From NCBI GenBank assembly GCA_964603725.1, contig CAZRWW010000020.1, positions 3,291-67,290 of the forward strand: DNA of 64,000 nucleotides, written 5' to 3'. A model generated the notes under the pieces. It searched no databases and was not told the origin of the DNA. It saw nothing but the letters and a program-made list of their open reading frames with translations. A program made the position numbers and the translations under genes. This DNA is from an uncultured bacterium (lineage in GTDB: Bacteria; Eisenbacteria; RBG-16-71-46; CAIMUX01; WJJG01). The stretch's first letter is position 1; each line of letters opens with the position of its first letter. Positions 28,012 through 36,845 of the stretch are shown piece by piece.

Positions 28012-30234
28012 ATGGAGCGTCACGCCCCCGGAAACTCATTGCGATACAACGAGTTCAGGCTTCGGGATCGTGTCATCCGACCCGATCTGAACCGCATCGA
28101 GCACGGCGGCGAGTCGGTGCCAGTCGAACCGCGCGTCATGGACGTGCTCGTCTATCTGGCCGAGAACTCCGGGCGGGTGGTCTCGCGCGACGAGCTGCTG
28201 GACCGCATCTGGGGTGAGACGGTGGTGGTCGAGCACGTGCTCACGCGCGCCATCTCGGAGCTGCGCCGGGTCCTGGCCGACGATTCCGAGCGGCCGCTCT
28301 TCGTGGAGACGATCCGCAAGCGCGGGTACCGGCTGGTGGCGCCCGTCGTGCGGCCGCCGGAGGCGGAGCGGGCCCACGCGTCGGTCGCGGGGCCGCAGCC
28401 TGGGCACCCTTCCGGGGGGCCTCCGGAAGCGCTCCCCGAGAATCGCCCGGAGGCGCCCCCCGCGCAGGGCGGCGCCCAGCAGGAGTCGGCGCGGCGCGAT
28501 GGCGTCCCCCGGTCGTCGCTGTGGGGACAGCTCGTCTGGCCGGCGATCGTCGTCCTCGTCGCGGCGCTCGTGTGGAACATCTGGCGGGACCACGCCCCCG
28601 GCCAGCGGCCGGTCGTGCTCGCCGCGACGCCGTTCACCTCCTACGTGGGCGACGAGCGCAATGCCGCCTTCTCGCCCGACGGCACCCGCATCGCGTTCAC
28701 GTGGGACGGACCGCAGCGCGACAACAACGACATCTACATCAAGCAGCGCGATACCGAATCGCCCTTGCGGCTGACCGACGACCCGGGCATCGACGACCAT
28801 GCCGCCTGGTCGCCGGACGGCAGCACCGTCGCCTTCGTTCGTTGGGACGGTGAAGTCGTGACGATCCGCAGCGTCCCGGCGATCGGCGGCGTTGAGCGGG
28901 CGCTTTATCAAGCGACTTCATGGGTCCCGGGCCTCGACTGGGCCCTGGACGGGCGGCGGATAGTCTTCGCGGAGCGCCCCGACGCCGAAGCCCCCTATCG
29001 GCTCCGCGTGCTCGATCTCGAGACGCTGCAGGCCCAGGACCTCGGCCCGACACCTGTACAGTGCAACGACACCGACCCTTGCGTATCGCCCGACGGACGC
29101 ACCGTGACATTCATCCGCGAGGATCTGGCCTGGCGCCAGCAGATCTGTACGATTCCCTTAGAAGGGAATGCCGAGCCGCATGTGCTGAGCGAGCCGTTCT
29201 TGATCATCCGCGGTCTCGCGTGGCGCAGCGACGGACGGGAGATCATCTTCACCTCGGCCCCCACGGGCCCGGCGAGCCTTTGGTGCCTGTCGCTCGGCAC
29301 GCGTTCGGTCACCCCGCTGGTCGTGCGAGACGAATGGGTCGGCAGTCCGAGTTGCCCTCGCCGAGGAGGCGGACTCGTTTACGAGACCTGGCGTTGCCAG
29401 TCGAATGTCTGGGAAGTACGGCTGCAGGCTGATGGCAGCGCGGTGGAGAATCCCGAGCCCCTGATCCAGTCCATGCGCTGGGATGGCCATGCGCGCATCT
29501 CTCCCGACGGCGCGCGCATCGTCTTCGCCTCAGCGCGCAGCGGGAGCGCCGAGCTGTGGGTCTGCCGCCGCGACGGCCGCGAGCTCGTCCGCCTGACCGG
29601 GCTGGGGGGACAGAGCCTGGGGTCGCCGTGCTGGTCGCCCGACAGCAGGTCGATTGCCTACAGCGCCTGCCCGGACGGCTATGCCGCCGTACACGTGATC
29701 GATGCGGCCGGGGGCCGACCGCGGCGCCTGTCGTTGGACCGGTGTCACGAGATCCCTTGCGGCTGGACGAGTGACGGGCCGTGGATCTACTTCGCCACCG
29801 ACCGCGGAGGGGAGTGGCAGATCTGGAGGATGCAGCTCGACGGCACGGGCCGCGCGCAGATCACCCAGGGCGGGGCGCTCGAGGGGATGCTCTCGAGCGA
29901 CGGCCGATGGATCTATTACATCAAGCCCATGGGTCAAGGAGTCTACCGCACGGCCGTCGCCGGAGGAGCCGAGGAGCAGGTCTGGACAGAGCTGTCGCGC
30001 GGCAATCGCACGAACTGGACGACCGACGGCACCTGCATCTACTTCTTCGCCCGCCAGGACGGGGGCCCGCAGCTCATGGGCTACGACATCGCGACTGCGG
30101 CGGTGCGTTCGCTGGTGCCGGTGCCGGGCTGGGGCGGGCCCGGAATCGCGGCGGCGCCGGACGGCCAAGCGGTGCTCTACGCGCGCACCGACGACGCGTT
30201 GATGGACCTGATGCTGGTCGAGGGGTTCCGGTGA
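28012..30234 (+). CDS. CadC/ToxR-like winged-helix one-component regulator with TM segment and PD40/TolB-like propeller
   Basis: VEPRVMDVLVYLAE...VETIRKRGYRL, one TM segment, then FSPDG/WSPDG repeats. Confidence 0.88.
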   Translation: MERHAPGNSLRYNEFRLRDRVIRPDLNRIEHGGESVPVEPRVMDVLVYLAENSGRVVSRDELLDRIWGETVVVEHVLTRAISELRRVLADDSERPLFVETIRKRGYRLVAPVVRPPEAERAHASVAGPQPGHPSGGPPEALPENRPEAPPAQGGAQQESARRDGVPRSSLWGQLVWPAIVVLVAALVWNIWRDHAPGQRPVVLAATPFTSYVGDERNAAFSPDGTRIAFTWDGPQRDNNDIYIKQRDTESPLRLTDDPGIDDHAAWSPDGSTVAFVRWDGEVVTIRSVPAIGGVERALYQATSWVPGLDWALDGRRIVFAERPDAEAPYRLRVLDLETLQAQDLGPTPVQCNDTDPCVSPDGRTVTFIREDLAWRQQICTIPLEGNAEPHVLSEPFLIIRGLAWRSDGREIIFTSAPTGPASLWCLSLGTRSVTPLVVRDEWVGSPSCPRRGGGLVYETWRCQSNVWEVRLQADGSAVENPEPLIQSMRWDGHARISPDGARIVFASARSGSAELWVCRRDGRELVRLTGLGGQSLGSPCWSPDSRSIAYSACPDGYAAVHVIDAAGGRPRRLSLDRCHEIPCGWTSDGPWIYFATDRGGEWQIWRMQLDGTGRAQITQGGALEGMLSSDGRWIYYIKPMGQGVYRTAVAGGAEEQVWTELSRGNRTNWTTDGTCIYFFARQDGGPQLMGYDIATAAVRSLVPVPGWGGPGIAAAPDGQAVLYARTDDALMDLMLVEGFR

Positions 30235-30419
30235 GGCAGACGGGCGAGCTCGGATTCGCCCCGATGGTCCGGAGCTGCCCCGTGGCCATGGAGTGCCGAC
30301 CCGTTCACGCTGACGATGCCCGACAACCGCTACTGGAGCGCGGGCGAGGAGCTCGGACGAGCGTGGTCCGTGGGGAAGGAGTATCGGGGAGCCTAGCTCG
30401 GGGATTTCGGTCCGTCTTC

Positions 30420-30717
30420 GCCGACAATGTCGGGCGTTGGCCTTCTTGTTCTAGATCAGGTCATCGCGGCCGATGATCGACACCTGGATACCCTCTGTGT
30501 CCACCTCCATCCGCCTGGGCCATGCCTCCTCGAAGGTCACGCCGTCGATTGCCGTGAGGACATCGATCCGACGGGGAGCGACGCCGATCTGGAACACGAT
30601 CCCGGCGGAGCAGAGATCCTGTTGGGTGAGATCCTGCAGCGGGGCGCCGACAATCATGTATTCAACTCGTTCGTCGTAGAACGCGGACAACATGTCGCGG
30701 TAGTCGGGGTTCAGCAA
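30420..30717 (-). pseudogene. Nucleotidyltransferase-family pseudogene (internal deletion plus premature TAG)
   Basis: LLNPDYRDMLSAF...MIVGA|PLQDL...RIDVLTAIDGVTFEEAW...GRDDLI*NKKA. The usual RxTxDxD segment is absent. Confidence 0.75.
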
Positions 30718-30865
30718 GGTCCGCCCCTCCCTTGAAGGCCCAGGCATCCAGCGTGAGCTGCCACATGATCGCCAGTCGTTCTGCCGGTGTGAGGGAACCG
30801 TAGTCGGTTCCCGACCGCGAGTCGGCGAGTCTGACGACGCGCACTTGGGTATCACGCTTCTTCAT
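30662..30865 (-). CDS. Small (67 aa) partner protein overlapping the nucleotidyltransferase start
   Basis: MKKRDTQV...LTPAERLAIMWQLTLDAWAF...EPRLPRHVVRV; overlaps the downstream gene by 56 bp. Confidence 0.65.
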   Translation of the reverse strand: MKKRDTQVRVVRLADSRSGTDYGSLTPAERLAIMWQLTLDAWAFKGGADLAEPRLPRHVVRVLRRTS

Positions 30866-30935
30866 GGTGCGAGAGTAGCACGTCCGCCTGCCGCGCAATA
30901 CGGCCGGCCTCATCGAGGCAGGTCATTTCGCCAGG

Positions 30936-32078
30936 TCACTTCGCGATGATGCCCCCGCCCACCACGAGGTCGCCATCGTAGAAGACCACCGCCTGACCCG
31001 GCGCGACGGCGCGCTGCGGCTCATCGAAGCGGACGACGACGACGGCGGGCCTTCCAGGTGCGGCGGCACCCGGAGGCCCTGCATCATCACCCGGAGGCCC
31101 GGCAGCATCGCCCGGCGCGACGGTATCCGCCGGCGCCACGGTGGCCTCCGCCGGCGCGTGCCGGTAGCGGATGCGCGCCTGGATGCGCAGCGGCTCGCGC
31201 AGCTCCGGAATCGCGATCCAGTTCAGATCGCCGGCCTCCAGATCGGGTCTCAACAGGCGATCGCCCGGACCCACGATGACGGCGTTGCGCTGCTCCTCGA
31301 TTGCCAACACGTACAGGGGCTCGGCGTGGGCGATGTTCAGGCCCCGGCGCTGGCCCACGGTGTAGTGCTCGATGCCGCGGTGCTCGCCGAGTCGACGGCC
31401 GCCCTCGTCCAGGATCGGCCCCGGCCGCCCTGGACTCGTGAAAAGGGCACCATAGCCTCCCGACACGAAGTCCTGGCTTTCAGGCTTCTCGGCCACCGGA
31501 AGGCGCAGATCGGCGGCCCGCCGGCGGATCTCGACCTTCGTGTGGGACCCGAGGGGCAGCAGCGTCTGCGCCAGCAGCTCTTGCGTGAGCTGGTACAGGA
31601 AGTAGGACTGGTCCTTGGCCCGATCTCTGCCGCAGCGCAGGATGTAGCGACCGCGACCCTCGTCGCGCTCGATGATCGCGTAGTGACCCGTCGCGAAGCG
31701 ATCGAACGCCACGCCCATCTCGCGGAGCCGCGCGGGAATCAGCTCGAACTTCATCGCGCGGTTGCAGTGCACGCACGGATTCGGGGTCAGGCCGGCCCTG
31801 TACTGGCGGGTGCATCGCTCGAGAACGAGCGCGTTGTACTCGCCTGAGAGGTCGAGGACATGGAGCGGGATGCCCAGATGGGCCGCGATCCGCTCGGCCT
31901 CGGCCACGTCCTCGATCTCGCCGGGCCCGTAGCAAGCGTGGCGGCCGGGTTCGCCGGCCAGCGGGCGGCCGTCCCAGATGCGCATGATCGCGCCGATGAC
32001 ATCGTGCCCCGCCTCCTTGAGGAGGGCCGCCGCCATCGCGGAATCCACGCCGCCGCTCAGAGCCACGACCACGCGCAT
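30936..32078 (-). CDS. mnmA: tRNA-specific 2-thiouridylase
   Basis: ALSGGVDS, TPNPCVHCN, ATGHY, KDQSYFL, YTVGQRRGL and PGQAVVFY motifs; low-complexity insert near 31040-31160. Confidence 0.97.
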   Translation of the reverse strand: MRVVVALSGGVDSAMAAALLKEAGHDVIGAIMRIWDGRPLAGEPGRHACYGPGEIEDVAEAERIAAHLGIPLHVLDLSGEYNALVLERCTRQYRAGLTPNPCVHCNRAMKFELIPARLREMGVAFDRFATGHYAIIERDEGRGRYILRCGRDRAKDQSYFLYQLTQELLAQTLLPLGSHTKVEIRRRAADLRLPVAEKPESQDFVSGGYGALFTSPGRPGPILDEGGRRLGEHRGIEHYTVGQRRGLNIAHAEPLYVLAIEEQRNAVIVGPGDRLLRPDLEAGDLNWIAIPELREPLRIQARIRYRHAPAEATVAPADTVAPGDAAGPPGDDAGPPGAAAPGRPAVVVVRFDEPQRAVAPGQAVVFYDGDLVVGGGIIAK

Positions 32079-32339
32079 CGTTTCCGCTCCATCTTCCCCA
32101 GCCAATCTCGTATCCGACCCCGGTGCCGGCGCCCGATACCCCCGCCCGGATGCCGCCTTCGGCCGGCGGCCCGGAGCAGGCCCGGCGCTCAGTATAGGGC
32201 GAGCGCGGCAGCGGCGTGAGAGGTTCCCTCTTCGCTGCCACGCCGGCTGGTGCTAGGATCCTGCAGTCTTGTTGCCGGCCCTCCTGCTCAGCGGCAGGAG
32301 GGCCGGACCGGCGCAAGGTGGTCCTTGGAGGGTTCGCGC

Positions 32340-34118
32340 ATGTCGCGTCTGCATCGCTACCTTCCCCCCCTCAACAGCGTTCGGTTTCACATCCTCTTGG
32401 GCGCCATCGCCATCCTGATCCTCGGCCCCCTGGGCGGCATCACCGCCGCCTACATGAACTTCTCCCTGGGGTTCTTCATCGGGGGACAGGTGCTGGCAGG
32501 AATCCTCGGCAGCGTGGTGACCTACGGCTACGGCTCCGAGGGCAAGCACGGCGCGAACTACATGCAGACGATGGCCGCCTCGGTGGCCAGCCTCTCGGGC
32601 ATGGCGGTGCTGATCCAGGCCATGACCTGGCTCGGGCTACCGGAGCCGGCGGTCTGGAAGCTGGTGCTCTATTTCCTGTGCATCGGCATGTTCGGCGTCG
32701 GCGTGGGCATGCTCTACACGCCGATCCTGGTCGACCGGATGCAGCTCGCGTTCCCGTCGGGCTTCGCGGTCGCCAACATTCTGCGCGCGCTCACCGATCT
32801 GCGGATCCTCAAGACCTCGATCGCCAAGCTCGGCGGCGGCGCGCTGGCCGGATTCGCCGGCGGGCTGGGCGCGAGCCTGACGGCACCCATCGCCGCCACG
32901 GGCTTTTCCTCCTCCACGCTCGGGGCCGGGATGATCGTCGGCGTGCGGATCGGATTGCCGGCCGCGTTCACCGGCGCGATCGGCCTGTGGCTCACGCCGT
33001 GGCTGCGGGCCAACGGGTGGCTGGGACCGCACGATCCGTTTCGCAAGATCGCCTTCATCGCGGCGCTCGGCATGATCCTCGGCGCGGCGCTGGTCGACAT
33101 GTCACTCCTGGCCGTGTCGGCCGCGCGCAGCTTCAAGGGGTCGCGCGGCAAGGCGTCGCCCCCGGCCGAGGACTGGAAGCGCACCGACAGCCGCATGCTC
33201 TGGATCTGGGTCGCCTTCTGGGCCGCCTGCCTGACCCTGGTCGCCACCGTGCTGCTCCAGCAACCACTCGGCTTCGTGCTCGTCGGCGTCGGGCTGGTCT
33301 TCGTCTTCCTCCTGGTCAACGGGATTTCGCTCGGCATCTCCGACAGCAACCCCATCTCGAGCGCGTTCGTGATCACGGTCTTCATCCTGGCCGCGCTCGG
33401 CCTCAAGAGCCCCATCATCGGCCTGATGTGCGCCGCGATCCTCCTCGTCTCCACCTCGGTGGGCTGCGACATGCAGCAGGACCGGTCCACCGGCTGGCGG
33501 CTGGGGACGAATCGGGTGAACCAGTTCCGCTACCAGGTCATCGGCGTCACGATGGGCGCCGTCATGAGCGTGCTGTTGGCGCGCCTCTTCATGAAGGCCT
33601 ACCCGATCCTCTCGATCAACCAGTACGCCCACCCGGACACGCCCGGGATCGAGAAGTGGCAGTCGGCGATGACCTTCAAGTTCGTCGGCGCCCTGGATGG
33701 CCTCGCCCACCCCAATCCCAAGGTCATGACCGCGCTGGCGCTGGGCATCGGCCTCGGCGTGCTCATCGAGGCGATCCGCAACATCCTGAAGAACCGGGCC
33801 GGTTACCGCCGGTGGACCACGGAAACGCGCCGCGGCCGCGTGACCGGCCTCATCCTCGATTGCAGCCTGCTGGCCAGCCCCTTCGCGTCGTCGTTCGGCG
33901 GGTTCGTCGACTTCCCCGTGGCGGCCTGGTTCGCGGGCGGAAGCCTGATCGCCTCGGTGTCGCAGTGGTTCGCGTCGCACCGCCCGCGCAAACCCGAGGA
34001 GAAGGATCTCCCGGAAGACATGAGCACCGTCTCGCTCGTGGGCGGCGGGCTCATCGCCGGCGACTCGCTGGCGGCGCTGGGGCTGGGCATCCACGGGCTG
34101 GTCAGGACGGTGCTGTGA
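32340..34118 (+). CDS. OPT/YSL-family oligopeptide transporter
   Basis: NYMQTMAAS, LAFPSGFAVA, DMQQDRSTGWRLG and GGGLIAGDSL motifs; many TM segments. Confidence 0.85.
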   Translation: MSRLHRYLPPLNSVRFHILLGAIAILILGPLGGITAAYMNFSLGFFIGGQVLAGILGSVVTYGYGSEGKHGANYMQTMAASVASLSGMAVLIQAMTWLGLPEPAVWKLVLYFLCIGMFGVGVGMLYTPILVDRMQLAFPSGFAVANILRALTDLRILKTSIAKLGGGALAGFAGGLGASLTAPIAATGFSSSTLGAGMIVGVRIGLPAAFTGAIGLWLTPWLRANGWLGPHDPFRKIAFIAALGMILGAALVDMSLLAVSAARSFKGSRGKASPPAEDWKRTDSRMLWIWVAFWAACLTLVATVLLQQPLGFVLVGVGLVFVFLLVNGISLGISDSNPISSAFVITVFILAALGLKSPIIGLMCAAILLVSTSVGCDMQQDRSTGWRLGTNRVNQFRYQVIGVTMGAVMSVLLARLFMKAYPILSINQYAHPDTPGIEKWQSAMTFKFVGALDGLAHPNPKVMTALALGIGLGVLIEAIRNILKNRAGYRRWTTETRRGRVTGLILDCSLLASPFASSFGGFVDFPVAAWFAGGSLIASVSQWFASHRPRKPEEKDLPEDMSTVSLVGGGLIAGDSLAALGLGIHGLVRTVL

Positions 34119-34198
34119 TGCGGATCGAGCGCGGGAGGTTCTCTGTGAGCGGGCGTGAGCGCGGGAAGTCAACCGTGAGCGAGGGCAATCCGTCATGA
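34118..34198 (+). other. 26-aa bridging mini-ORF made of ~20-nt degenerate repeats
   Basis: ATG overlaps the OPT stop (TGATG) and TGA overlaps the mtnN ATG (ATGA); (G/A)TGAGCG recurs at 34145, 34155, 34175 and 34195. Confidence 0.5.
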
Positions 34199-35097
34199 GC
34201 GCAGTTCGCCGCCGCTGGATCGCGCTCCTGCCGGCGCTGCTGCTGGCCGGCGGAATGTGGCTCGCGCAGGGTGCGCCCGCCGCAGCCGGAGGTTCCCTGG
34301 CCGCCTCCCGTGGCGGGGCGAACGGCGAGCGACCCGTGGCGATTCTCGGAGCGTTCGCCGACGAGACCCGCCCGATCGCGCGCGCCCTGGCCGACCCCGA
34401 GACCCTGAGCGTGCTCGGGCTGCGCTTCGTGCGCGGACGGCTGCATGGCTGCCCGGTGATCCTCGCCGAGACCGGTGTCGGCAAGGTCAACGCGGCGGCC
34501 GCGACCGCGCTCCTCCTGCTGCGCTTCGAGCCGCGCGCGGTCATCTTCACCGGCATCGCCGGAGGGCTCGATCCGGACCTGCATCCCGGCGACATCGTGA
34601 TCGGCGCCGCGACGACGCAGCACGACTTCGTGCACGCCACCGATGACAGCTTGATGCGATTCGCGCCGCGCAATCCCGTGGATGGATCGCGCAATCCCCT
34701 CCATCTGCCGGCCGATGCCGGGCTGCTCGAGGTCGTGCGTCGCGCGGCGGCGGGCACTGAGTTCCTGCCGGTGCGGTCCTCGGCCGGCGAAGGCCCGCCG
34801 CGCTGCGTCGCGGGTCTCATCGCCACGGGGGACGCGTTCGTCGCCTCGGAGCGGGTGAAGCGCGAGCTGCGCGAGAGCCTGCGGGCCGATGCGGTAGAGA
34901 TGGAGGGCGCCGCGGTGGCCCAGGTGTGCCATCAGAGCGACACGCCCTGCATCGTGATCCGCAGCCTCAGCGACAGCGCCGACGCGGCGGCCGCGGAGGA
35001 CCTCGAGCGCTTCTATGCGGTCGCCGCAGAGAACTCGGCCCGGGTGGTCGGCAGCACGGTCGCGCTGCTGGCCGCGGAACCGGACTCCGGCCGGTGA
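34195..35097 (+). CDS. mtnN: 5'-methylthioadenosine/S-adenosylhomocysteine nucleosidase with N-terminal signal-like extension
   Basis: GVGKVNAA, FTGIAGG, TGDAFV, VEMEGAAVAQVC and IRSLSD motifs. Confidence 0.9.
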   Translation: MSAVRRRWIALLPALLLAGGMWLAQGAPAAAGGSLAASRGGANGERPVAILGAFADETRPIARALADPETLSVLGLRFVRGRLHGCPVILAETGVGKVNAAAATALLLLRFEPRAVIFTGIAGGLDPDLHPGDIVIGAATTQHDFVHATDDSLMRFAPRNPVDGSRNPLHLPADAGLLEVVRRAAAGTEFLPVRSSAGEGPPRCVAGLIATGDAFVASERVKRELRESLRADAVEMEGAAVAQVCHQSDTPCIVIRSLSDSADAAAAEDLERFYAVAAENSARVVGSTVALLAAEPDSGR

Positions 35098-35181
35098 TGC
35101 TCCGTTCGACCCGTAATCCGCGCAGACTCGGCACGTGTGCCCGGGATGCCGCTTCCCCCGGCCGTGCTAGCATCCTGCCCC

Positions 35182-35340
35182 ATGCGCACACTCATTGTGG
35201 CCCTTCTCTCAGCCTTGCGCGCAGCCCTGAAGTCGCCGGCGCGGCGCTGGCCCGCGAGAACACAGCACTGCGCCAGCAGTTGGCCGCTTACGTGCGGATA
35301 TCGCAGCGCCTCCCCAGGTCTGCTGAACGAGCGCCACCCG
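35182..35340 (+). mobile_element. Frameshifted N-terminal remnant of an rve integrase-core transposase
   Basis: MRTLIVALLSALRAALKS / ALARENTALRQQLAAY resembles the LALENLALRQQL start of this family. Confidence 0.65.
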
Positions 35341-35444
35341 AGGCGCACCCTCCACCCGACCTCCTTCCTCTTGTGAGCAAGCCCCGCCCAAGCGACCCTA
35401 AACCCTTGAGATCTAGCTGCTTCCCGGATCTGCTCTGCTGGATA

Positions 35445-35473
35445 TTGACGGGCGTTTCGTCATTTGTTATGAC
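35445..35473 (+). promoter_or_regulatory. Sigma70-like promoter TTGACG-N17-TATGAC with an overlapping GTCAT-N5-ATGAC inverted repeat
   Basis: AT-rich island 40-70 bp upstream of the ATPase ATG, which has an AGGAGG RBS. Confidence 0.6.
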
Positions 35474-35514
35474 ATTTGACGATTTAGGTGACGCTGAGCT
35501 AACAGGAGGCTTCG

Positions 35515-36648
35515 ATGGACGTTCCGCGCGACCTGGATCTGCGCGCTTTGCTCGCCGACAAGTCCCACTTTCTCCTCGGTCCCCGCCAAACAGGGAAGAC
35601 CTACCTGATCCGCAACACGCTTCAGGACGCTCGCATCTACGACCTTCTCGATTCCTCCGTCTTCCTCGCCCTCAGTCGCAATCCCGGTCAGCTCGGGGAG
35701 GAACTCACCCCTGAGGACCACCTGGTGGTCATCGACGAGATCCAGCGTCTGCCGGAGCTACTGAGCGAGGTCCATCGGCTCATCGAGTCGCGGGGCACCC
35801 GCTTCCTGCTCACCGGATCCAGTGCCCGCAAGCTGCGCCGCGGAGGGGTCAATCTGCTGGGTGGCAGGGCGCGCACGCGCCTCCTGCACCCGCTCACATG
35901 CCATGAACTGGGCCGCGAGTTTGATCTTGGGCGCGCGGCAGAGCGTGGCCTGCTGCCCTCAATCTACTTCTCCGACGATCCCGCCGCAGATCTGGAATCC
36001 TACGCGGGATCGTACCTCCAGCACGAGATTGTGGCCGAGGGCGTCACCCGCAACGTCCCTGCGTTCAGCCGCTTTCTGCGCATTGCGGCGTTGTGCAATG
36101 GAACCATCATCAACTACACGAACATCGCCAACGACGCGCAGGTGCCAAGAACCACCGTCTACGAGTACTTCGAGATTCTGAAGGACACTCTCATTGTACA
36201 CGAGCTTCCTGCTTGGCGAAAGACTTCGAAGAGGAAGCCCCTGGCTTCTTCGAAATTCTACTTCTTCGATGTTGGAGTCGCCGGCGCCCTGCAGGGGCGG
36301 GTCTTCAAGCTCGGGACCCCCGAGTTCGGGCAGGCCTTCGAGACCTACATTCATCATGAGTTGCGCTGCTGCAGCGACTACGCTTCCCGTGAACCTTTGA
36401 GCTACTGGAGGTCAACCTCGGGATTTGAAGTCGATTTCGTCATTGGTGACCACACCGCGATCGAGGTGAAGGCCAAGAGCCACGTGACCGCCAACGACCT
36501 CAGGGGACTACGCGCGCTGGCGGAGGAGAAGAAGCTCAGGAGACTCTTGTGCGTCTGCCTGGAACCTCGCGCTCGGGTGGTCGACGGGATCCGGATACTG
36601 CCCTGGGCTACTTTTGTGGATGCTCTCTGGGCCAATCGATTCGAGTAG
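35515..36648 (+). CDS. AAA+ ATPase, AAA_14 plus DUF4143 family
   Basis: GPRQTGKT, VIDEIQ, LTGSSARKL, KFYFFDVG and EVDF...IEVK motifs. Confidence 0.92.
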   Translation: MDVPRDLDLRALLADKSHFLLGPRQTGKTYLIRNTLQDARIYDLLDSSVFLALSRNPGQLGEELTPEDHLVVIDEIQRLPELLSEVHRLIESRGTRFLLTGSSARKLRRGGVNLLGGRARTRLLHPLTCHELGREFDLGRAAERGLLPSIYFSDDPAADLESYAGSYLQHEIVAEGVTRNVPAFSRFLRIAALCNGTIINYTNIANDAQVPRTTVYEYFEILKDTLIVHELPAWRKTSKRKPLASSKFYFFDVGVAGALQGRVFKLGTPEFGQAFETYIHHELRCCSDYASREPLSYWRSTSGFEVDFVIGDHTAIEVKAKSHVTANDLRGLRALAEEKKLRRLLCVCLEPRARVVDGIRILPWATFVDALWANRFE

Positions 36649-36670
36649 CGTGATTGGGCGCGCAGCCACC

Positions 36671-36811
36671 TCATGGACCTGGCGCGCGTTCCTCAGGAAT
36701 CACATCAAGAACATCATCGCCGTCGACTTCTCCGTCGCACCTATCGTAAGGAATCAGATCCTGTTCGTCTTCCTCTCCCTCGCCCGCCAGCGACGGCGTG
36801 TCCTGCATCGT
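36671..36811 (+). mobile_element. Internal remnant of the same rve integrase-core transposase family
   Basis: SWTWRAFLRNHIKNIIAVDFSVAP...LFVFLSLARQRRRVLH resembles TWRTFLRNH...AxDFFTVP...RRRILH. Confidence 0.75.
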
Positions 36812-36845
36812 TATCCGCGGCCTGAGCGACAACGCCGCCGCACCC

